In this document: positions 12,130-20,000 of the stretch, piece by piece
How the letters are laid out: each line of letters starts with the position of its first letter
Numbering within the stretch: the first letter of the stretch is position 1
Assembly (NCBI RefSeq): GCF_004010195.1
Contig: NC_057718.1
Coordinates: 31,985,233-32,005,232 of the forward strand
DNA from: Chiloscyllium plagiosum
Lineage: Eukaryota
Direction of reading: 5' to 3'
DNA: 20,000 bases
Made by a program: the position numbers and the translations under genes
Notes under the pieces: generated by a model
The model's database searches: none
Told to the model about the DNA's origin: nothing
What the model saw: the letters and a program-made list of their open reading frames with translations, nothing else

Positions 12130-13190
12130 TCTCTAGGAGCATACGATTTCACCATGTTCACACGACATACCCGATACCTTTTTTTTTCTATCTGGCATCT
12201 TTACTAAATAGTTCACCTGACTCAACTTTTTCTCAATGTGATAGGGACCCCCAAATCTGGCTTTGAAGGGATCTCCTATCACTGGTAACAGTACTAACAC
12301 ATCATCCCCTCGGGAAAACGTCCGAGTCTCAGAGCTTTCACCTGCCACCTGCTTCATTCTACACTGTGCCCTCTTCAGGTGCTGTTTACCTAACTCACCT
12401 CCTCTATTTGACTTCTTCCTCACCTGTGATACATAATCTAAGTGTGAGATCTCTGACTTTGATTTTTCTTGAATTAATTTCAAAGGGCCTCTCATTTCAT
12501 GACCGAATATAAACTCAAAGGGAGTGAGCTGAGTAGATTTGTTTGGGGCATCTCTAATGGCAAACAGTACGAATGGGATACTTTTATTCCAATCATTCAG
12601 GTAGTCATGACAGTATGCTGTCAACATGGTCTTCAAGGTCTAATGCCACCTTTGTAAAGCTCCCTGGGATTCAGGATGATATGCAGTGGATTTAAAGTGC
12701 TGTATACCTAGCAATCCATTACCTCCTTAAATAGCTGAGCAGTAAAATTTGACCCTCAGTCCGGCTGAATCTCTCTGGGCAGCCCATACTGTATGAAGAA
12801 AGCTACTAACTCTTCTACTACCCTTTTTGCCTTGATACTCAATAATGGAATTGTCTCTGGAAATCTGGTAGACACATCCATTATGGTTAACAAGTACTCG
12901 TTCCCGCCTTTAGTTCTGAGGAGGGGACCTACACAATCAACAATAACCTGTGTGAAGGGTTCTTTAAATGCAGGAATTGGCAACAAAGGCGCTGATTTTA
13001 TTACCACCCGTGGCTTACTTACCATTGATATGTATGACAAGTACAGCAAAAGTTAACCACATCCTTGTGCATTCCAGGCCAATACAAATGTTTTTGTACC
13101 TTAGCCTGAGTCTTTCGTACCCCTAGGTGACCTCCTACAGGTAGTTCATGTGCTACTCGTTACACTTCCTGTCTATATGCTACCAGCAAC
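12130..13190 (-). pseudogene. pol: Integrase remnant (H2C2 zinc domain, DDE core, C-terminal GPY/F region)
   Basis: AHELPVGGHLGVRKT...YWPGM..DV..FCCTCHT, then VIVDCVGPL, MDVSTRFPE, YGLPREIQPD*GSNF, STAYHPESQGALQRWH (catalytic E reads Q) and ARFGGPY. Contains stops and frameshifts. Confidence 0.93.
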
Positions 13191-13193
13191 ACA

Positions 13194-13427
13194 ATCTGGT
13201 GCACTTCGGCCCATTTCTCCTCGCACTAACCTGCCGTGGTCTCCATTTCCATTTTAGGATTCTATCTTTCAGATAATAACCCTCCAGAATACTCTTTGCC
13301 TCCTTTTTGGATCTGGTGCACTTCGGCCCATTTCTCCTCGCACTAACCTGCCGTGGTCTCCATTTCCATTTTAGGATTCTATCTTTCAGATAATAATCCT
13401 CCAGAATACTCTTTGCCTCCTTTTTGG
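13194..13427. repeat. Tandem duplication, 2 x 117 bp
   Basis: 13194-13310 and 13311-13427 differ at one base. Visible as a 39-aa repeat in ORF 13180-13446. Confidence 0.97.
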
Positions 13428-13429
13428 AG

Positions 13430-13803
13430 TACGCATTCACATACATATATATATTACCATTTTGTCTTGCTGTTGCAAGTATCTTAGCCTTTCAGGACTA
13501 AACAGTTCTGTCTGACCCTCTGCCTGTTCAGGTTTGTCCTGCACATTACACCAAACAGTGTATCTGCTAACTGAACCTCAACTCCTTCATCTTTTTCTTT
13601 ACTTTTCGCTTCATGCTGTGACTTATGATAGTGGGATCTGGGAAAATACTAGGATATTGCTGTTTTAAATCTTCAGCTTCTTGGTCTTCCTGGGGCTTCT
13701 CCACAACAAGGGGTGTCACTCCCACCTTGGATCCTGCCAAATCATTCCCAAGCACAAACTGAATTCCTGGAATGGACACTCTGTCAATCACTCCCACTTG
13801 TAA
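13430..13803 (-). pseudogene. pol: C-terminal part of the aspartic protease and PR-IN linker
   Basis: VGVIDRVSIPGIQFVLGNDLAGSKV matches the retropepsin C-terminal (I/L)LGND motif. I found no catalytic D(T/S)G segment. Confidence 0.75.
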
Positions 13804-13895
13804 CTTCTTAGAAAAGCAAAACAAAAACAAAAAAACACACAGAATGCAGTACTGCTTTGCTCGGCACAAAGCTCCCAAACAGAGGAACAGCAGCA
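13804..13895 (-). mobile_element. Probable continuation of the L1 3'UTR (T-rich), no poly(A) tail
   Basis: Non-Gypsy T/G-rich sequence. It joins 14022+ seamlessly if the 126-bp insert is removed, through a duplicated CATTA. Confidence 0.55.
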
Positions 13896-14021
13896 TTAGC
13901 CTGATTCTTTCGTACCCCTAGGTGACCTCCTACAGGTAGTTCATGTGCTACCCGTTACACTTCCTGTCTGTATGCTACCGGCAACACAATCTGGTGCACT
14001 TCGGCCCATTTCTCCTCGCAC
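13896..14021. repeat. Dispersed direct copy of integrase segment 13101-13226
   Basis: 126-bp ungapped match with 4 substitutions. Confidence 0.97.
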
Positions 14022-15693
14022 CATTAACAGCAGTATTAACTCAGGAGACCCCCTCCAGGGCCCAGGGCTTGACAAACCTAACCATCCTGGTTAAACAAAT
14101 GCCCTAGTTAAGATAACTGACAAATCTATATTCAAATAACTCAAGTAGGGCTGCCATGTCTTATAAAATGGTCTGTTGTGTGGTGCACCATGTTTGTAAA
14201 AAAGTCCAAGGGAATGTGCTCCATAATTAATTTCTGCCATCCCAGCAAGCCCGGCAGGTTCTCAGACACCCAGTTCATCAGAATATTCTTCCGTGCACAG
14301 TATGCAAGAATATTAAATAATTTTTTCCCATGCCCGTCTAAAGATGGTAAATTCGGTAGACCTAAGAGGAGAGATCTCGGGTCTACTTTGACTTCAGTCC
14401 TCGATACACTCCCTATCTCTCCCGCCACAGTGCTCCGATAAACACGGAGCCTGTGGCATGTCCAGAAGCAATGGGTAAGAGTACCTACACTTATTTTACA
14501 TTTGGGGCACACTGAAGATGTCCCTTTTTTAAACTTCACCAGATGGTCTGGTGCCAGATGAGCCCTGTGCAGGACTTTTAACTGTGTAGTGCATGTCCTA
14601 TTACAGATTAAGATCTTTCAAGGATTCTCCCAAATGTTCTCCCATGTTTCAGAAGAGATCTCCACTCCTAGCTCTTGCTCCCAGACTTCAAATAACCGGT
14701 TAATATCCTGCCAGGCCCTGCCACCCAGCAGGCGATAGAGGGCACTAATCAAAAGGGTGCTTGTGGAATGTAGCAACAACCTCTCTGTATCGGGCTTATA
14801 GTGCTTAGTGAGAAGCGTAGTCTTCTTCTGGATGAAATCCCTAACCTGAAAAACCGGAAAAGATCTCTGCTGGGCAACCCATATTTACGGCTCAGTTGCT
14901 CAAAAGACATCATAACCTCCCCCTGAAACAAGTCTCCCAAACTAGCAACTCCTCTCGCTGCCCATAATTGGAACCCTGAGTCCATCATCCCTGGTTGGAA
15001 CCCTGGCATGCCAACTGTAGGTGTAAGTGGTGAAGTCTTGGATAAGCAACTCTCACTCTGACTCATTGCCTCTATGCCTTGACTGTACTAATGACAATGG
15101 GGTTCCGGCAGTGGTCCATAACTGTCCTCATCTTATCCATGAACAACAGGCTAATAAGAGGGTACTTTGCCTGGGAGGCCTCAATATCTAGCCATATTGA
15201 GTTTGGATCGTTACCTACCCAATGGCAGACAAAGGACAGCAGGGAACTCAATTGATACCTCCTGATGTCTGGGAAATCTACTCCTCCCCCTTCTTGAGGC
15301 AACTGCAATTTAGTAAGTTTGATGAGGGGCCGCCCTCGATGCCAGACAAAGGAACCAAACCATCCCATAAGCTTCTGCAGCATTGACCCGGGAAACGTTA
15401 TAGGGAGCAGACGCATGGGATAAAGGAAACAAGGAAGAACATTCATCTTAATGAGAGATATTTGGCCCAGCCATGAAATTGGAAGAGCCTCCCATCTCTG
15501 GAGATCTCGCTTAATATTGTCGAGCAAGTGAGCAAATTTAGTCCGAAATAACAGATCAAACTTGGGGGTAATAAAAATGCCAAGGTATTGGAACCCTGCC
15601 TGTGACCACTTAAAAGGGAACTTAGGGCCACCTTCAACTTCTGGCACATCCTTAAGGTTCCCCAAAGGCATAGCCTCCGATTTTGCAAAGTTA
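14022..15693 (-). mobile_element. 5'-truncated L1-clade LINE fragment (ORF2 C-terminal part plus start of 3'UTR) nested in the LTR element
   Basis: NFAKSEAMPLG...FQYLGIFIT...RWEALPISWLGQISLIKMNVLP...GGGVDFPD, and the C-terminal zinc knuckle CPKCKISVGTLTHCFWTC. ORF2 end inferred at ~14091 (…ILTRAFV*). Frameshifted. Confidence 0.92.
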
Positions 15694-16576
15694 TGGAAGT
15701 GAGTTTTTAAACTCCTCCAGCAGAATGATCTCTCTTAGAGCCTCGAAGGTCTTATCTATTTTCAAAGCATGTACCCATCAATCAAAATGTTTAATCCTTT
15801 CGAACTCAACATAAGTATGACCTAGTTCCTTCTTTGTGTTTCTGAACTGCTGTCTATATGCTTCTGGTACCAATTCATAAGCACTTAATATAGTTTGTTT
15901 CACCTCTTCATAATCTCTTGATACTTCATCTGATGGTGCGGCAAATACCTCACTAGCTCTGCCTACCAGTTTAGTCTGAACTGGCATTATGCATAAATCC
16001 TCAGACCACTCCATCTGTCTAGCCAGTTTTTCAAATGAAATAAAGAAGGCTTCAACATCTTTCTCATCAAAATGTGGCAGAGTTTTGACATATTTATGTA
16101 TATCATTACCTTCTCTTTTAATCTCCATCCTGTTAACTTGACTTTGCTGACTAAGTCACAACTTCTCAAGTTCAAATTCTTTCTCTCTTTCTTTCTCTTC
16201 TCTCTCTTTGTGTCTCCCTTTCTTCTCGCTCACTTTGCTCAAATAAGAACCTTCTCTCGCTTTTTCCTATCTCTCTTCTCTCTCTTTCTCTTTCTGTCAC
16301 CCTCTCTCTTTCCTCTCTCTCTGTTTATTTTCTAACTCCATTTTTCTCAATTTTAATTTAGGTTTTTCCACCTCTCCTGCTCTTGTCTGTTTCTCTGATA
16401 CACCTAAGTGTTTGAGTAACTCCCTTACAATTTCAGCTTTATTTTTGCCCCTGGTTAAAGCCAAATCTAACTTATTTGCTAATTCTGAAAGTATGGCATT
16501 TTTCTTTCCTTCTAAACTTTCCTGGTAAATTTGAGAATCATCTTCAAATCCCAGAACCAGCAATTTTAAGAGCCAT
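15694..16576 (-). pseudogene. gag: gag remnant (N-terminus, E/K/R-rich coiled coil, SCAN-like capsid domain), 3'-truncated
   Basis: ATG at 16576 (MALKIA, then a frameshift). ORFs 16297-16563 and 15778-16128 give LPHFDEKDVEAFFISFEK...LVGRASEVF...YELVPEAYRQQFR, continuing past a stop to ILLEEFKNSLP, where L1 sequence begins. Confidence 0.88.
16180..16325. repeat. CT-rich low-complexity tract (encodes the gag E/K/R-rich segment on the minus strand)
   Basis: Near-continuous TCTC/TTTC runs. Confidence 0.8.
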
Positions 16577-16731
16577 TTCTCTCACTTTTAATTTAATCAA
16601 CCACAAGCCGCCAAAATTAAACAAATTGTCTCCCGTAAGTTTTATTTAAAGATCTAGGACATTAACCTGAAAGTATTTAAATCTGGTGGGAATTTTCAGA
16701 TCCCCAAATCTATTCAAATCTGTCTAAACCA

Positions 16732-16757
16732 GTTCAAATCCCAACGATGACCCCCCA
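16732..16757 (-). promoter_or_regulatory. Primer-binding site, degenerate complement of the tRNA-Pro 3' end
   Basis: Minus strand reads TGGGGGGTCATCGTTGGGATTTGAAC, 3 nt after the 5' LTR. The complement of the vertebrate tRNA-Pro 3' end is TGGGGGCTCGTCCGGGATTTGAAC. Confidence 0.8.
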
Positions 16758-16760
16758 AAT

Positions 16761-17472
16761 TGTTACAACATGGGGTAAACACTCCTGGTTAATTTAAAGT
16801 AGCAACACAGAAAATATTTATCCTGTGCAGTAATCTGTGAAAATTCGAGAGGCCAACGGTCACTATTTAAAGTAAAAATTAACAACTTTATTTCTTAAAG
16901 TATAACAGAGAATAATTAACTAACAACTATTTACAACTCCTTCCTCTAACCTATCTTTTACCTTTCCCTTCTGCAATACTAGTCCGATAAAACTCCGATT
17001 AAGTTTTACAAACCAAAACTTCACTCAAAACCAGGCAGCTTTCAGTTCTTCTCTGTATTCCAGTCATCTTTTCTTCTACTTGAGGCTTCTCCTTCATCAG
17101 TTACTGATTGGTAAAGGTACCTTTAAGAGAGGTATTCTCTGGGAAGTTTGCAGATGTCATTGGCTTGGCAGTTCTCCTCACAACTGTTCAGTTTTCCCTG
17201 GTGTTATACCCCCCCAAAGAATTGGATTGTGTCATTGGTTTTTAAGATTGTCAATATACTAAGTTCAAACTAGATTGGAGTTTGCTATTTTTGGGGTATA
17301 ATTTAAACTGATTGGACTAATTCGAATCTGTTTTTGTCTCCAGGCACAAACTACTCTAGCTTCCCCAGTAGTTAGACCACATATTACATTGTATCTTATG
17401 GAGAGCACTTGGTGCTGTCACTGCTAGCTTTTAACTCTCTTAAAGGTACAGTACACCCACATCTTCATAACA
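16761..17472 (-). repeat. 5' LTR of the Gmr1-like element
   Basis: Runs from TGTTACAAC to CATCTTCATAACA on the + strand and aligns end to end with 9522-10234 (roughly 85-90% identity by eye). The PBS follows it on the minus strand. Confidence 0.95.
17204..17315 (-). promoter_or_regulatory. Putative U3 promoter: TATA-like box plus clustered CCAAT boxes
   Basis: Minus-strand TATAA at 17204-17208 and CCAAT at 17221, 17234, 17274 and 17311. TATAA (9962-9966) and two CCAAT boxes (9990, 10030) are retained in the other LTR. Confidence 0.5.
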
Positions 17473-18058
17473 AAGGAGACCAGAAATACGTGCAATATTC
17501 CAAAAGTGGTCTAACCAATGTCCTGTACAGCCACAACATGACCTCCTAACTGCTATAATCAACACACTAATCATTGAGACAAGTGTGCCAAAAGCCTTCT
17601 TCACCACCCAGTCTACCTGTGACTCCACTTTCAAGGAACTGAGTCCCTTGGTCTCTTTGTTTGGTGACACTTCCCAGGGCCCTACATTAACTGTCTAATT
17701 CCTGTCTGGTTTACCTTACCAAAATACAACACTTCACAGGTATCTCAATTAAACTCCATCTGCCACTCCTTGGCCCATTGATTAAGGTCCATTTTATCCT
17801 GAAATAACTTTCTGCACTGTCCACGACACCACCAATTTTGGTGTTGTTTGCAAGCTGACTAACAATACCTCCTATAGTCACGTCCAAATTATTTATAGAA
17901 ATGACAAAAAGCAGCAGACCCAGCAATGATCATTGTGCCACACCCTTTGATCTCAGACATCTAGTACATAAAATAACCCTCTAACACCACTCTCTGTCTC
18001 CTACCTTCAAGCCAATTTTGTATCCAATTGGTTAGCTCCCCCCGGGTCCCAGGTGAAC
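17473..18058 (-). mobile_element. CR1 LINE RT fragment, right part of the interrupted element
   Basis: ORF 17711-17926 LGLLLFVISINNLDVTIGGIVSQLANNTKIGGVVDS matches decayed CR1 LGPLLF..YINDLD...KFADDTKIGG. ORF 17440-17670 contains SLKVESQVDWVVKKAFG. Confidence 0.9.
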
Positions 18059-18654
18059 TCAGAAACAAGAAAAACTCAGAAAAGAATCAAGTGATTTCTT
18101 TTTTGTTTTGCTAACTTTTCTGCCAAGAACTGTGACAATCCTGTGAATTGTGGATTGAGATGTTGTTGGGCAGTAGTTTTTCTCTGCAATGCATAATTGT
18201 CATGTCATTGACCTAATGGCACTAATTTAAGTTGCTCAGCAAGCTTCTGACTGAGCTTTGCTGCTACGGGTCTCTGAGACCCTGCTCATCTGTTTTCTTT
18301 TTGTGATCTCCTTACAAATATGGGAACCCTGTTCGGTGCTTAACAGGGTCACAAAAATTAGGATCATACAACTAAAAAGATCACATGCAGTATCAATATC
18401 TTCTCAATGTACAGGGTCTAATGACTCCCTTGATGATCTAACAAGTACCAAACCAGACATGGCTGAGAAGACCCAAATTTAGTTCCAGTCAGTGATGAGC
18501 TTGTTGTTGTAGATTAGGGCAGCAAGGTGAATCAGTACTCTAAGGGTTGGGAGATGTTCATAGTGACTTTCCACTATTCTTTTGTCTGCAGCTTCTACTT
18601 ACGAATGCTCTCCATTGGGCTCTGCTCAATATTGTGTGTGTGTATGCCTGCAAT

Positions 18655-19123
18655 TCTGTTTTTATTCATTTGTAAGGTGTGGACATTGTGGGCTGGCGAG
18701 CATTTATTGCCCATCCCTAGTTGCCCTTGAAGAGACTCTGCAGTGCTTAGGATAACTAAACGGCTTGCTAGGCTAGTCTCCCGGGTTCACCTCAACTCGG
18801 CCGCTGCTCCCACTCAAGGTGTGGACATCGTGGGCTGGCGAGCATTTATTGCCCATCCCTAGTTGCCCTTGAAGAGACTCTGCAGTGCTTAGGATAACTA
18901 AACGGCTTGCTAGGCCATTTCTGAGGGCAGTTGAGAGTCAACCACATTGTTGTGGGTCTTGAGTCACATGTAGACCAAACCAGGTAAGGATGGCAGATTT
19001 CCTTTCCTAAAGCACATTAATGAACCTGGTGGGTTTTTCAATTTGAACCCAGGTCCCGAGAACATTAACTGAGTTTCTGGATTAATAATCTCGTGATAAT
19101 ACCACAAGTCCATTGCCTTCCCC
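18655..19123 (-). mobile_element. tRNA-derived SINE (family name uncertain), with an internal duplication and a probable deletion
   Basis: Minus-strand head GGGAAGGCAATGGACTTGTGG (A-box-like) ... GGGTTCAAAT (B-box-like). Body GGAAATCTGCCATCCTTACCTGG...ACATGTGACTC. Tail GATGGGCAATAAATGC...ATGAATAAAAA. Confidence 0.8.
18674..18915. repeat. 100-bp direct repeat pair separated by a 42-bp spacer
   Basis: 18674-18773 and 18816-18915 differ at one base (CATTG/CATCG). Spacer is 18774-18815. Confidence 0.97.
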
Positions 19124-19845
19124 TAATTACTGACACAGTATAGACTGAAACATTAAAGAATACCGATTCATCTGAGGTACTAAAGTGTGACTGACACTTG
19201 TGGAATTGTGCTGAGCAAGATTCATTGCCTTTAGGAAATTACTGGAGAATCTAGAACTGGAAAGAAATTAATTTAGTTGTTTCTTTGTTCGATTGTGGTG
19301 CAGCCAAGTTTGCATATAATTGAAATTTTGATGTGCCAGTGTGATAATAGAATGATATCATTTTTACACAGTTGCATAATGTAATCATAGTTAGAGCTGA
19401 GATAATATTAGTGTTTGTTGGGTTGTAATCTAAACTGAACAGATCCTTCGCTCATGATGAATGTTAATTTTTTTTGTTACTTCTCCTTGGCCTTATTAAC
19501 AGCAGGAAATAATCAAAATTGCACAAGTTGTTTCTGAAAGTGTTAAAAACTTTGATATGGAGTAGCTTTTAACCTCATGAAGCACAAGAAGAAAAGCCAT
19601 ATTGATTGAAGATTATTGTACTTTAATATTCATTGTTTGTTTGTTTGTTGTGCCAGGTGGAAACAGATGGTAGGCTTCTGAGGCAAAATTGTACAATGTC
19701 GCAATAGGTGACAAAATGATTTACTCTGCTGTTGCAGGGGGAACGTCATTACCTCTGTGTATTACTCAGAGATGAACTTCACAGCTGACTGAGTACAAAG
19801 GATGACAGCAGTGAAACCGTCCTACTCACCTATGATTATAATCTG

Positions 19846-20000
19846 TCATAGAGTCATGGAGATGTACAGCATGGAAACAGACCCTTCGGTCTAACCTGTC
19901 CATGCTGACCAGATATCCCAACCCAATCTAGTCCCACCTGCCAACACCTGGCCCATATCCCTCCAAACCCTTCCTATTCATATACCCATCCAAATGCCTC
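19846..20000 (-). mobile_element. Relatively young CR1 3' end, running off the window
   Basis: GTCATAGAGTCATGGAGATGTACAGCATGGAAACAGACCCTTCGG...GGCCCATATCCCTCCAAACCCTTCCTATTCAT is the reverse complement of a shark-type CR1 tail and 3'UTR. Confidence 0.85.

Larger units (their letters stand above)
9522..17472 (-). mobile_element. Decayed Ty3/Gypsy LTR retrotransposon of Gmr1 type (integrase upstream of RT), with both LTRs
   Basis: Two ~712-bp direct repeats with TGT...ACA termini (9522-10234, 16761-17472) enclose minus-strand gag, protease C-terminal part, integrase, RT and RNase H remnants in that order. PBS and PPT are at the expected positions. Many stops and frameshifts. Confidence 0.95.

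Noticed and set aside
13567..13896. 109-aa ORF with a hydrophobic, signal-peptide-like N-terminus (env-like or novel fusion protein)
   Set aside because: An accidental in-frame fusion of T-rich L1 3'UTR to the protease remnant, inside a dead element. No evidence of expression or selection.
16072..16335. Phe/Leu/Ser-rich ORF as a membrane protein
   Set aside because: Antisense reading of the purine-rich gag coiled-coil segment.
18674..18915. Repeat-spacer-repeat as a CRISPR-like array
   Set aside because: Only two repeats, 100 bp long and SINE-derived, in vertebrate-type DNA with no cas genes.
19030..19123. tRNA gene
   Set aside because: The A/B-box-like motifs belong to a SINE head. No complete cloverleaf could be formed.

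Overview
Eukaryotic, repeat-rich intergenic or intronic DNA with no intact protein-coding gene. The repeat families resemble those of cartilaginous fish, probably a shark (inference from recalled repeat sequences). The main structure is a decayed ~7.95 kb Ty3/Gypsy LTR retrotransposon on the minus strand (9522-17472). It is Gmr1-type, with the order gag(SCAN-like capsid)-PR-IN-RT-RNaseH. Both LTRs, a tRNA-Pro-like PBS and a PPT are visible. It is inserted in an older CR1 LINE fragment. It carries four internal modifications: a same-orientation L1 ORF2/3'UTR fragment in place of the gag-protease junction, a palindromic Penelope-like element with a decayed hammerhead ribozyme motif and a 16-bp TSD, a 117-bp tandem duplication, and a 126-bp templated copy of integrase sequence. 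The flanks hold CR1 3' ends, SINEs, a small MITE, a second Penelope/hammerhead remnant, and a SINE with a 100-bp duplication around a 42-bp CpG-rich insert. I see no convincing new multi-gene system. The most interesting signals are the LTR/L1 chimera, the hammerhead-bearing palindrome and the repeated templated duplications.
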